Part shown: piece by piece, positions 48,795-61,410 of the stretch
How positions within the stretch are numbered: position 1 is the stretch's first letter
Layout: each line of letters begins with the position of its first letter
Assembly: GCA_001662655.1 (NCBI GenBank)
Contig: KV460221.1
DNA length: 64,000 bases
Strand: one strand, 5' to 3'
From: Pseudogymnoascus verrucosus
Taxonomy: Eukaryota
Notes under the pieces: model-generated
Seen by the model: only the letters and a program-made list of their open reading frames with translations
Told to the model about the DNA's origin: nothing
The model's database searches: none
Made by a program: the position numbers and the translations under genes

Positions 48795-51700
48795 TAACCC
48801 CCATGCTCGAAGCCACCCCATGATGGTACCATTCTACTAGCATCCTTTCCCTCAGCTGTGGGGATATACTCCCTGAGAAGCAACTGCCTAACAGCTTTAC
48901 GTCCACGCTTAGTTGCCCAAAACAGTGCTGTATTATTCATCTTTCACCTCAACATCAGCGCCCTTCTCAAGCAGCAGCTGTACAATGGCCCCATTTCCTA
49001 GCTGAGCTGCGTAAACTAGTGTCGTATGTCCTTTTGGACCCTTCACCTCAACATTTGCTGCCTCCTCTAGTAGCAACTGCATCACAGTGGCTGCGTCTTT
49101 TTTAATTGCTAAAAGTAGTGCAGTCAATCCTTGCCAATTCTTCCTATTACCATTTTCAAGCATTAGCTATACGATGGCCTCCCAACCCTCTGACGCTGCC
49201 CTAACCATCACCGTTGGTATTATGTTCAGGTCCTTCCGGTTATCAACCCCCCTTTTAGGTAAAAGCTGTGTAATTGCCGTGTACCCATTGTGAGCTGCTA
49301 GTAACAGCGCTACAGTTTCGATTCGATCTGTTGCGTCGACGGTAGCCCCTTTCTTTAGCAGCAGTCGCAGCTGCACTAAACATCTATAAGACTGCGTCAC
49401 GACCTTGATCTTTCATAGCAAACCATTTTTCTAGAAGTAGGCGAACGACTGCCTTGTTCCCATTGCGAGCTGCCACAAAAAGTAGTGGATTTCCATATTT
49501 ATCCGTTACCTCGATATTAGCTCCATTCTGTAGAAGAAGTTGCACCATAGACACATATCCCTTAGATCCTGCGAAAAGCAAAGGAGTGTATCCGTATAGA
49601 CTAGTTGCCTCCATGTCGGCGCCATTCTCTACTAGAAGCTGCACAATAGCCTCTAGCCCACTCTCAGCAGCCCATAGTAGTGCCGTCATTCCATTGTGAC
49701 CTTTTGCGTCGATGTTAGCTCCCTTATTCAGTAGCAGCCGCAAAATAGACTCGTATCCAGCCTGGACCGCCCATAATAGTGCTGTCCTTCCATTTACATC
49801 CTTTGCCTCGGTGTCTGCGCCTCTCTCCAGCAAAAGCTCCACAGTCGCCATGTGTCCGTTCCTAGCCGCCTCATGAAGTGCCGCCTTTCCTTGAATTCCA
49901 CCCTCGTTTATACTATTCCCTTGTTTTAACATTTTGTCGATAAGACTTGTTAATCCAAATTCAGCTGCAATCGTAATTCCAGGAATTTCCGTACGAATCA
50001 TGTCGCTCCAGAATACGCTGTGCAAATGGGCAGACACCCACCAGGTCTGAATGGAACTAGACAGCGTAGATAGGTTTTCGGGAAACTCCAGTAACCTAAT
50101 GAGAGTCGCATTAGACAGTAAAGATTTATTATTGAGAAACTGTATTGCCCGTTCTTCGACTGTGTCATCTAGCTCACCGCAAACATGATTTGCCCAGTTG
50201 CATGAGGCATACCCAAGAAGCCTAAACTTTGCTTGTCGCTTTCTCAAATCAGAGTTCGTCTCGCAGGGGCCATTTTTGAACGATTCTAACGAGAGGTATC
50301 GAATACAAGCACATAATATGTCAGCCTGAGCGGTTGGGAATATTCTGCTCCGGTGTCTTTCGAAATAATCCTGAGTAGTATAGTGGACAAGACGAATGAC
50401 TCCACTGTCTTGATCAATTACAGCACTCCCTCCACAGACAGTGATCAGTTCAGCTTCATCGGGAAGTCCTTCCTCGTCAAGCGTCGTATCGTCGGAGTCG
50501 AAGTTCATAACAGCAATTGCATGTTGAATCTCCTCGACCTTTAGCGGCCGGACAGCATGAGTAATCCACGAGAGGACTCTCATCGCTAGCTTCGACTCAT
50601 CTTCAGGCTGTCTTTGAATTCTTTCTAAAGCGTCATCGTACGTCTTCTCTAATTTATCGGGCAGAACATCCAAGGCTTTCCGAAGACTTTTGATGTCCGT
50701 CTTCGTCTTTAGTGATTCAAGGTGCAATTCGGCGAGTAGGAACCTGGCCAAGTAAGTAGCTGGCTTGTACTGACACTTGGGGAAGATACATACATTCCCT
50801 TTGCTTTCATAACTAGCTTGTCAACAATAGTATCCTGAAGATCTCTAGCTTTCTTACAGAACTTGACCAGTTTAGGTACTTGCAAGATCTGTGCCTGTAC
50901 AGTGCAACATCTGCATCGCTAGCTCGGATTTCAAGGTGGGATGCATCAGCGAATGCTTCTTGGATATCGCCAAGGTGTCGAGAAGAACATAGCAAACGAA
51001 GATTTGTTGGCAACTGTTGCAATTTCTCAATAAACTTGCCCCTCGTTTTTGGGTTACACTCGTCCAAGGCGTCAACTACAATGTAGACATGCGAAAATTT
51101 GCTAATAAGTGACAGAAGTGCCCTTGAAAGTTCATCCTCGCTTGGCCGTATGTTCCTTGCGTTGTACTGGGTATAAAGCACTCGGACTTCGTCGGGGATG
51201 GCACCATAGCATTGCACCAGCTGCTGAACAAGACTACCCATGAGATTCGAAAGAGTCTGAATATCATGCTCTTTGTAGTTGCAATATGTAAAGGCCAATC
51301 CAACATCTCGTGAGCTTTGCCGTATTTGGAGTTTATTGATAATGGAAGATCTGGCAACAGTCAGCGCAATATGAGGACCTTGAAAGGTAATAATACGCAA
51401 GGACGGTTTTCCCTGCCCCAGCTATGATCAAGTTAGTTTTTGGTCTTCTCGAAACTGAGTGTATATTTACGTTGGCCTGAGCACCACAATATTCTGTCCC
51501 TCCCAGCCAGCCACGCTTCGAATTCGAGAGTTTCAAAAAGCCATTCTCCAGTACCAATCTGTCGCCGCCGTAGAATATCATTCTGTGCTACAAAGAAGTT
51601 CAAAGGCGACAGCCAGTTCACGATAGCTATACTCTCCTGATCTGTACAGTAATTTTTTAATGTGAGACCTTGACAGCAATAGGGACGAAATACCATCGTG

Positions 51701-52265
51701 ACGAGAAAGAATGAACGTTGATAAACTGTCAACTTGAGTAGACACGTATTCTAATTGTTCCGTAGAGCTTTCTGTGGACTGCCTATATTTAGTGAGTCCT
51801 GTAGTCCCTTAATATTTAATTATCTGCTGATTATGCTTACAGTTGTAGCACATCTAACGCAAAGCTTAGATTTTCACGCATTTCAGAGACAATCCCATTT
51901 AGTTTTAGTAGTGTGCTCTCTCGAAATGGATAAAGAAGACGCCGTCCATGTCCATGGACCTTGGACCATATATTAGGCCCGCTAATCTCCTGGACTTTAA
52001 TCAACTGGCTCTGTAACTCAGCAATGCTAGTTACGCAGCTGTCAATTCCGCTTTGAACCCCGGATCCAGCCTGCGACGCTATCCCGTTGTTTTTGACGAC
52101 AGCATTCACCGCATTTAACCTTTCTTCGAGGCTCCGTATTGACTGGCACATCCGTGCAACATCTTTGGGGGCGTCCTTCCAAGATCCGTAGTACTCTACA
52201 AGTCCTTGGCAAACCTGAATCCCAAGAGAAATGGCACCAACCGCAGTTCCAGCGAGCTCCGCCAT
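48795..52265 (-). pseudogene. Fungal NLR-like HeLo-like/NACHT/ankyrin gene, disrupted
   Basis: N-terminal helical domain MAELAGTAVGAISLGIQVC; NACHT motifs GTGEW, GQP/GAGKTVL and VVDALDEC; FLLAELHLESL; many ankyrin repeats. Frameshift near 50900, further frame breaks near 49385 and 48935, in-frame TAG at 49167. Confidence 0.85.
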
Positions 52266-52628
52266 GACGCGAGGTTACGGGTGGAATATAGCTTATAACC
52301 CGTACTTTTCTAGAAATGTGAGTATCGCGTAAGTAGGTGCGGGTGCCGGGAGTGTCGCTATACACGATTGTGTTGTTACTTCACCGAGGAACATGCGGGG
52401 ATTCATCTGCCACAAGGCAACATTTCGGCAAATGCCGCCTCTTGGATGAAGGATTTCAGCCAATTAACCGTTTATAGCCACCTCGCCTGAATCGACATGA
52501 AACTTAAATAGTATTGAAATATATGTGTCCATTTATAACGTAATTAAAGTTCGGATATTTTTGAGAAATCTGGGTCTAATGGTAGGTGTCTGTAGCCACG
52601 AAGAAAACGGATTATAAAGCCAAATACT

Positions 52629-53799
52629 TTAAACCCGAGCATTGGCATCCGAATAACCATCGAGTTCTAAAAATGGGTGATATTCCTGCTCCTCACGGAA
52701 AAACATGCCCAATGTGAGAAGAGCTAGCCATGGTCGACCAGCCTTTTGGACCTTCGCTTCCAGTTCAGTCTTGCCATTCCGTGCCAAGTAGATGTGACGG
52801 TTTATGGGAAGATAGCGGCCTGGATTCCATACATTCCATATGACGGAGTTGATAAGCATGAGGGATGCCTCAAAGACATAGAAGTACCACTCATACCGCA
52901 GAATAGGACTCAGGGCCATAAGCGATTCGGCGTCTCCAACTCGCACTGTGGTGTTGCCGAAGTGTTCCACCAGACGGTAGATGCAGCGTATAAAGATCAA
53001 CGCCATGCTTACATACAGCGTAGCCAACGGAGTTGAGATAGCCCGAGCGTGTATATTGGCTTTAACGCACCGACGATGAAAGATGGCTGCGAGAACGAAG
53101 AAGATGACGATAACAACAAGCTGGATAGCAAGTGCGGCTATCGTTATTTGGCTTCCCAGCTCCTGGGAGTTGTGATTTGGTGATCTGTTGGTCGACAAGG
53201 CCACCCCCAAAGAGTTCAAGGTTTCCACAACTATCATTAGGCCGCCAAAAGTGGATAGAACTCTGCCGGGAGGAAGAGGTGCAAGATATGGCACGTAGTA
53301 GAGTATTCGACCGAGGACGTGGTAGTTGGCAAGTTCGAGAAGCGGGCTATGAGACACAGGATCAGTCCATGCTCCACGGTACTTTCTATGTGGGACACGC
53401 TACTCACGGGCATATATATATGAACACCTGGCTGAGGATGAATGTAATGAGGGTGACAAAGCTTCCAGTGTAGACATAATCAAAGGCTCCGTATTCCCGC
53501 AAAGTATACCCTGCAAAAAACAGCACTGCACAGAGCGGGTGCAGCCCAATCATCTTGAAGCATTTATAACGACTGATCATGACTGTTAGGTTCTATTTTG
53601 GCGTTCAGGGGTCATAATACACTTACTGGCACTGCCAGGTATGACCGACTGCCGAGACAGCAAATGCAACAGCGAAGAAGACCGGCGCTACCTTATTAGG
53701 AGCGTAGACGTAAAGGCTTCCCTCAACTAGAGCGTGTTAATAAAGCAGCGATGTTTCGAGTGGGAGTTTCAAAATGTTACCGGGCTTTCCGTCTTCCAT
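52629..53799 (-). CDS. RTA1-like 7-TM protein (lipid-translocating exporter family)
   Basis: MEDGKP/VEGSLYVYAPNKVAP, PLLELANYHVLGRILYYVPY, IRCIYRLVE and EWYFYVFEA motifs. Confidence 0.9.
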
Positions 53800-54449
53800 C
53801 TTGAGGACTACGCCGAGAAAAATTGAGGAAATATCGACATAAATGGTAAGGAAACGATTTGGTAAGGACTGACTTCAATACCAGGATCGAGAGAATGTGA
53901 GAAATAATTGGTAGTTGAAACGACGAAAAGGATACTGGAAGGAACGATGAAAGGGATTGACTTGAGTGGAATTGTACTTCCTTATAACTGCTGCAATCTA
54001 ATTCCACGCCGGATTCACCTACTAATCAACAGCCAGTAGCTCATTACCTCCACGGCGCTGCGGACACGCGTATTGCGACGACTTAGCATTGTATGGAGTA
54101 TAATTTATGGGTTTGTTGGAGCCAAGTCTTTTTATTTACAGATTAGTCTCCAGGCCAGAACAGGTTTAAAGTGGAAGAATCCCGAACACGCGTGTTAGGT
54201 AAGCAACCTAAGACAGTAGCGGGGTGGACCCCTGCCGCTGATTTCTTGGCAAGTTGGCTTCATTGCGAAAGCATATCGCCTTTGGACTCAGATGGGGATG
54301 GCCAATCTAACCCATAAGCCCGGGGATTGAGCGGATCATTGAGTGATTTAAATTGTATATTTTGTTCAACCCACACGAACACGTGTGTTCGGCAATTTCT
54401 ATCATCTAACCACCAAAGCCCGACGCCTTCCCCCCCCAAATTCTGTGAT

Positions 54450-55854
54450 ATGCTTCGTCGTAGCCACAAAAAGTCATGGGGAGGCTGTCTCCAATGGTGA
54501 GTTCCAACGAGGAGGCTGAAGTGGCTCTCGCACCCTCTGCATTGCCACGAACTTCCCCCTAATTTTAGCCTCTGCTAACCTTGATTAAATAGCAAGCGAC
54601 GGCATGTCAAGGTAATTACCCCAAATGGGTTGCCCGCTCTAGTGGCTAATATCTGTTTTCTCAAACCATTAGTGCGATGAAAGCCGCCCCAGTTGCGTTC
54701 TATGTTCCATGTCAGGCCGGGATTGTAGCTTTTCATCTCAGTCCCAGCCGTCTCTTGACAGACTCTCTGCATCCAGTGGTTCGCCTCATGAACCGATAAT
54801 ACGCATACACAACAATCGCAGCCAAAGTGGTATCGCCATACCTGATATCACCCCCTTTACCGCCTCCTCTATTTCCAATTCCGGCTCCCCGGAAGGGCTA
54901 AGTGCCAATAATCACCATGACCCAACCCTTGACGAAACCGTCAACCCCATGCATATGGAACTTCTCATGCACTTGCTCCTCGAAAAGGAAATGTTCAGTC
55001 TTGGTATAAAAGTCGGTGACTACTCGTCCAATATCACCATCGCTCTCAAGTTAGGCCTCAAATCACCATATCTTTTGCATCAGCTACTCGCCTTCTCCGC
55101 CCGCCATCTGGCGTTCCTACATCCCTATCGGTCAGCCTCTTACCTCCACCAGGCCGTCACCTTGCAAACCTGCGCCGTCTCGCTCTTCAACGCCGCCTGG
55201 ACCGATTTTGACCAATCAAACTGCGTCGAGGTGCTCCTCTTCTCGTCGATCTTAGGGCACCATCTCCTCACTGACACTCTCGCAAAACGGGATGAGGGTG
55301 GGCTGGTGCCGTTTATAACACACTATATCCAGTGCGTCGAGGTTCACAGGGGAATCTACACTATTGCTCGCACCGTGTGGCCATCGCTAATGGACTCGGA
55401 GCTTGGGCCAATCCTTTCACTGACCGCGGAGTTTACCTCGAGGCTGCCCAAGGGTAGCCACTGCCAACAAATCAGGGAGCTTGTGGACTGCTCCGACGGG
55501 TTGGGAAAAGAGGCCAAGACGGCATGTCAAATAGCGATCGATTACCTTCAAGTCGGGTTTGATGCGGTGGTAGCGGATGAAGAGACACATGGAGTCCGAC
55601 ATCAGATGATATTCTCCTGGACGCTACTGGTGCCGCCGGAGCTCACAGACTTGTTTGCCGCTAAGCAGCCGGAAGCATTGGTCTTACTGGCGTATTATGC
55701 GGTTTTGTTGCATCATGGAAGAAATATGTGGCAGGTTGGAGACTCAGGGGCGTACATATTAGGCATTGTTGTGGAGTATCTCGGCCCCGAGTGGGATCGT
55801 TGGCTTAAATACCCACATGAGATGGTAGCAAGCGGACTTGAGGATCCCACCTAA
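54450..55854 (+). CDS. Zn2Cys6 transcription factor (Upc2/sterol-uptake-control-like C-terminus)
   Basis: Spliced MLRRSHKKSWGGCLQC/KRRHVK/CDESRPSCVLCSMSGRDC; PYLLHQLLAFSARHLA; PEALVLLAYYAVLLH. Divergent from the RTA1 gene. Confidence 0.9.
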
Positions 55855-55996
55855 TCATATATCAAGCCATGCTGTGTTTGAACATATATTCATGAACCCA
55901 GCGTCTTCTATTGATATGGAATAGACGTGGGATGACCCGCTGCCCGAAAGTTTAACCACAAGAACGCCCCCCATAATAATTGCAATGTCATAACTG

Positions 55997-57224
55997 CTAC
56001 CTTTCGCCGCCCATAATTCTCAAAACCCTCTCCATTGACTTAATATCTCTGTCAATCTTTTCTCGCATGGCTCGTAAGCCCCGCAGTTTGATCTTCAAAT
56101 CCTCCCGACAAGTTGGCATTACATCAGTTATTTTGATATCTTGACTTGCTCCTTCAGCTTCGATTTCGTATGGAGGACTCGGGGTTGACTCTTCGCTTTC
56201 AGACAACTCCTCCGAATTTATACTTAATGCCCGAGGGGAATTTGAGGAACGAATGCCATGAACTCGCTTTTGGTGCTCCCCGAGGTTGTGTCGTCTGTGG
56301 AATCCTTTCTTGCTACGGTCGCAGGATCGTATTGGGCATGTGAAGTTTTGGGAGCTGTGCACTTCGCGCTTATGGCGTTCAAGGCCGCTTTTGTTGCTGA
56401 AGTTTTTGCGATTGCAGGGTTTGTGATTGCAGACGTATGGCCTATTGCGTTTTTCCAGCTGAGGTCCAGGAGAACCATTGAATGTGCCATTTGGAGTTTC
56501 GTTTTCGTCTGGAAGCCTCTGTTCAATGTCTTGGGCAGACTCGTTCATGATTGAACTTATCCAATCTCTGCGTGGCTCGGCCAAAACATTCAAAGAAAGG
56601 TCCCAACGTCTGTATGGAATTATCAGTAACTGTCTTGTATATAATATTGAAGAGTAAATAGAAACCCTCACGGATCAAGTGGGCCAGACTCGGGGGGATT
56701 TCGCCATTCGGGTCGGAAATATTGGTTTTCAGCATCAGGAAATCCAGGGCGGGCTAAATTAAGATGAGCAAATGATTCCGTGTTTGACGCTGACTGTTTA
56801 CATGAAGGTAGCAGTGCGTTATTAGAGGCACTTGGTTGTATTTCTATTGTTAAAGTGGTTAGTTAGGGACAGGTGGTATAACGAAAGGCTCAATAGCATA
56901 CCTGTTGGAAAGACGGAATTATCTGAGGAAACTCCAGACCAGTCTAATGGAAAACTAATGGAGCCCAACGGAATCTCAAAAGAGCCTGTAGTATGCGAGT
57001 TAGAATGAAATATAAGTGAAGCACCAAAGTGCGTCGCATGGGCGAAATAGGAGTGTGATGCTACATCTCCAAAAGATGCGTCCGCTCCGGGCGATGGTGA
57101 TCTTACAATAAGGGTTGGAGCTGGGTGAATATAGTACAGATTGGTAAAATTCGGTGACTGAGGAAGGGTCGTTTGGGTAAAGGTTATCCCTTGGACTAAA
57201 TACGTCAACATAATTGCCTTCCAT
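55997..57224 (-). CDS. C2H2 zinc finger protein (5' exon structure uncertain)
   Basis: Two fingers, CNHKPC...HKREVH and CPIRSC...HQKRVH, plus a C-terminal coiled coil. Upstream exons were inferred from splice-like signals. Confidence 0.7.
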
Positions 57225-58316
57225 CCTGACTTTGCTCGGTGAGATTTACCATTTTTTTTATTTCGGGCATAACAAACTTATGACCAAATTTGACAGCATA
57301 ACAGTGTCTGGAAAGCGGAACCAGAATCGGGCCAGAGGCTTTTCTTATATGTTTTGTTCCACCCCCAAGTAGTTTGGCCAACCCCGTACTTGTCTCGACC
57401 CCTGTGCCGAAACCACAGCCCAAGGCACAGCCTCGTCTTCTCGTGGCACCATTTATCCTTTCTAAAAGAATGAATCTCAAAGCGGTTGCCTATAGATGTT
57501 TCATGCCATTCCCGCCGCAATTATCATCCGCCAATCAGTTACGAAGGTCATTGTTTGATGGTGGCAAATAAGGCAAAGCTGCGCAAAACTGGACAGCCAA
57601 ATTCTACTATAACGTGCAAGGCACATCGTACAAGGTGCGGGGCACAGGGCGCAGGGTGCAAGGCTCAGTGAATAGGGTGCGAGGAGCGACGTGCAGCGCT
57701 ATCACTGGTCCGGTTCCGAAGGCTAGATGCAAAGCAGCCAGTTCTTCGGGTGTACAGCATCATATTGGGCATTTCGCAAGGCAGGAAGGCCTTGTTTGTC
57801 ACTAGAAATTTCAACCTCACGAGTGTGCCAGTTCTTGTGACGCGTCCTATCCTCTGGACCTGGGAACCTGCGTCCGGTTCTGACCCATCATGGTGCACTT
57901 TTGTCGCAAGGCTAGGAGGAACCTATCGGAAGTAAAAGCGCGATGTGGACAGTCACTTCGTTAAGTGGCACGTCTTAAATGCGAAAGCTGCCATTGGCGG
58001 TAGGTCACATTGAGAGAGAGACACAAGTTGCTATGCCTTTGGTGATCTAGCACGGTGCGGTAATTTTGGCGCTCTGGCCGACATGAACAGGTCCTCGGTA
58101 TACACACTGTTGTATGCTATTGCAAGTACATGCACATTTACAATTTCCGTGCTATTGTATGAACGTCTACTAAATAATGAGATTATATTTTAGCTAACGA
58201 CGCAATTATAATACGCAAGGAATAAATAGTACGGGCAAATCTTCCACAGCCTTCCATCCACTCCGAAAATTGCTACAACGTATCTACTCGTCGTAAATGC
58301 ACCCAATCTCGAAAAA

Positions 58317-59653
58317 CTAGTTTGAGATGGCATCAAGCTGCTCTACCGCAGGCCGCAGCGCCCATAGATCCCCTCCGGGTGGCGTTTGCAACTTGCTAAG
58401 CGCCTTCAAAGCCTTCAAGTTCCCAGCATCGGCTGCAGCATGCACAATATCACTCGCTGCGTAAGCGTAAAACTCAAGCTCGGGGTATTGCCACGCGGCT
58501 GCCCCGCCTGTAGCACCTGGAAGGATAAAATCAACAGCACCCTGGATGCTCTGACCCTGGGGCCCCTTGTACTTCCACAGATCAATGCCGATTTTCTTGC
58601 CAATATCAGCTATCCGCGTGTATGCAACGAGATCAAACGTAGAGTAATGCCAGCTGCGAGTCCGGATGAGTTCCAAAGGCTGCGAGCCGTTAGGGCTGAT
58701 ATAGGCGTCGATACGACCCTGCATATTGAGCACTTCTTGCTTTGCGAGTGTTTTATTCCCAACAAAAACGGCGATGCCTGCCTTCTGCATGGATGCAAAG
58801 GTGCCATGGTTATTCTTAGCTGCACTCTCCTCGATACCAAATGGGCTGTTCGCGAGCCAGTCGAGGAACTCAATATTCCATTGCTTGAAGCCACTCGCGT
58901 CGGTTTTGGACCATCCTGGTGCACCCAAGGCTAGTATGGCAGCAGCATCTAACACAGCTGTGTATTGCTGAGAGAAATCAATGATCCCAATAGCTCGTCC
59001 GGTATTCTTGCATGGGATGATCTGTGCATGGTTGAGATTGGGATTCATGCGCGTCGCAGGCGTTAAGAACCAGGTGCGAAGAATATCGGCAGCATGCAAG
59101 GCATATTTTTCTTTCCCAGTATAGTACCAGGCGAGACTGAGAATATAAGACGATTGGAACATGTCGCCCCGGTCCCCATGATCCGTGTAGTTGTCAACGT
59201 CTGGATTGCGTACTCCATCCTTTTGGATGTAAGGACAGCCATCCGCAGTATTAGGGTTCGGCCACCAGTATGGTGCTTGACTAGCGTAGTCATGCTTGTC
59301 GCCCCCAGGCGGTTCAATTGTCTTACTTGTGACGGAAAATGGGCCTTTCGTGAGCCAGCCATCAGCTTGTGCAGTTAAGTGATTTAACGCAGTCTTCAGG
59401 TTGGGTGAACCAAGCTTAAGCTGAAGTTTGGCTTCAAACAGTCTAAAGCTATCCAGTACAGCAGTATTTGGTCGTAATCCCAATCCCAAGGGATGATCAA
59501 GCGAGGTTGGTGGGATAGCGGATGCCTCTACAAGAGGAGAGATCAGAACGCTGGCAAGGATAGCCCGGGTCCACGAGAGACTATATCGACAGTATCAGTT
59601 GAAGTAGACCACAGGGATAGATAGCTAGACACTTACCTTTCTATTTTCACCAT
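58317..59653 (-). CDS. Secreted alginate-lyase-family polysaccharide lyase (PL38-like)
   Basis: Signal-like N-terminus across one intron; PPGGDKHDYASQAPYWWP, PYIQKDGVRNP, RMNPNLNHAQ, NNHGT and QPLELIRTRSWHYS motifs. Confidence 0.88.
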
Positions 59654-60705
59654 TGTTTTTATTGAAAAATAAGTGTTGGAATTGAGAGAAATATTCAATG
59701 AAGCTGCTCACGGACAGATTTTAAATTAATTCAACATGCAGCTCAATTTATATATGTCAAGAAGCATATCTATAGACACCTGCAGATATTGACACATTGA
59801 GACTCAAGCTTCAACAGTTTAGCGTTGAATATGACATGCGGGGTGATCCAAATCTGGGGAAGCTGCCTCAACAAGCTAGCTCTGGAGAAGCTTAATCCCC
59901 CTCATGATCTGCAACGGCGATATGAGGCAATATTATCCACCAATAGACGGCATGGAGTATGAGATAGATGCCGTTTAGAACTCGCCGAATTCCGAGATCC
60001 CGTGTTATGGTTTGTACTCGGCAACGTGATGGTGAACCTCCACATAGACTTCCCTGCGCTAGCAGCTATTTTCTATCACCGGGGAATCGAAACGCCGGGG
60101 AATTGTTTCTGGCGCGCGGGATATCTGCTAGCAGCAGATGCCGATTTCAGAACTCATCAGTCCCTGATAACGGAAGGCCTCAGCGGAGAGCAACAGAGAT
60201 CCGTAATTGGTGGAAAGATCAACTGGTCTTCGGCGGTTCTGTATAGAACGATTGGGAATTTTCCGTATTCCGAGCGAGCATGAGACTCCAGCTGTCATCG
60301 AAGCCGCATCATATTCCATTGTGGTGTCAATGTCGCGGTTTGGCAGGGACCTGACACGTGACCCGATATAAAATCCATGAAGAAATGGGCCAAACAATCA
60401 TCTCAGCCCGCGCCAGTGATACGATTTCAGTAATTAAATCAATATTTGCGCGTGTCATACAGCCCGGATTAATTTGCTAAGCAGCAAGTTCAGGTCGTCC
60501 CCGCTTGTGGCCGCTCCTTCCTGCTGACAAATTAAGAGTCGCGCCTTCCCACTCATTGCCAAATCGTGGTTCCCCACAGCCAATCAGGTGACTTGCGACG
60601 TCGAACGACAAATTCGAGAATCCCAAGAACACAACTTCATAACTTCACAGCCCATATCATTGTCTCATGGTAATCTCGGGCGCCTAATATTACCCGTGCT
60701 AAAGA

Positions 60706-61410
60706 ATGGCAACGAGGTTGGAGGCCACTGCCGTGGCACCCGCGACTGCTGTTGCGGCCGCAATCAATGACGGCAAGACGCATCTTCTCCTGGCAGCAAG
60801 TGGCTCCGTAGCAACAGTGAAGCTGCCATCCATAATCAATGCGCTAAAAGACTATCCAAACCTATCAATCCGCATCATCCTCACCAAAGCCGCCGCCCAC
60901 TTCCTCGGCGGCCAGTCCTCTGAGCAGCCCACAATAGCCGCGCTAGCTGCGCTCCCAAATGTCGATGCCGTTCACCAAGATGAGGATGAATGGGTGGCAC
61001 CTTGGACGAGAGGTGCCGAAATACTACATATCGAGTTACGGCGCTGGGCACACCTCCTCGTCATCGCCCCAATGTCGGCGAATCTACTTGCCAAGATCAC
61101 GGGGGGGCTTTGTGACGACCTCCTGACGAATACCATCCGTGCCTGGGATGTGGCATCATCGGATCAAAAAGCAGCTTCTATCCTTGTTGCGCCGGCAATG
61201 AACGATAGAATGTTTACTCATCCCTTGACAGCGACACAGCTTTCAATCTTGGAAGGCTGGCCGTGGTTTGAGATTCTACCGGCGCAGGTGAAGCTGCTCG
61301 CCTGTGGCGATCTGGGACAGGGTGGCATGTGTGATTGGAACGAAATTGTTCGTGTGATTGAGACACGACTGGCGGCGACTGACATAAGTCAAGCAAAAGG
61401 GGAAACATGA
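60706..61410 (+). CDS. HFCD flavoprotein, phosphopantothenoylcysteine decarboxylase (Hal3/Cab3-like)
   Basis: LLAASGSVATVK, LHIELRRWA, APMSANLLAKI..GLCDDLLT, PAMN and LACGDLGQGGM motifs; intronless. Confidence 0.92.
   Translation: MATRLEATAVAPATAVAAAINDGKTHLLLAASGSVATVKLPSIINALKDYPNLSIRIILTKAAAHFLGGQSSEQPTIAALAALPNVDAVHQDEDEWVAPWTRGAEILHIELRRWAHLLVIAPMSANLLAKITGGLCDDLLTNTIRAWDVASSDQKAASILVAPAMNDRMFTHPLTATQLSILEGWPWFEILPAQVKLLACGDLGQGGMCDWNEIVRVIETRLAATDISQAKGET

Noticed and set aside
57610..57700. Loose gtgcaagg/gtgcgggg/gcgcaggg periodicity
   Set aside because: Too degenerate to define a unit or a function.
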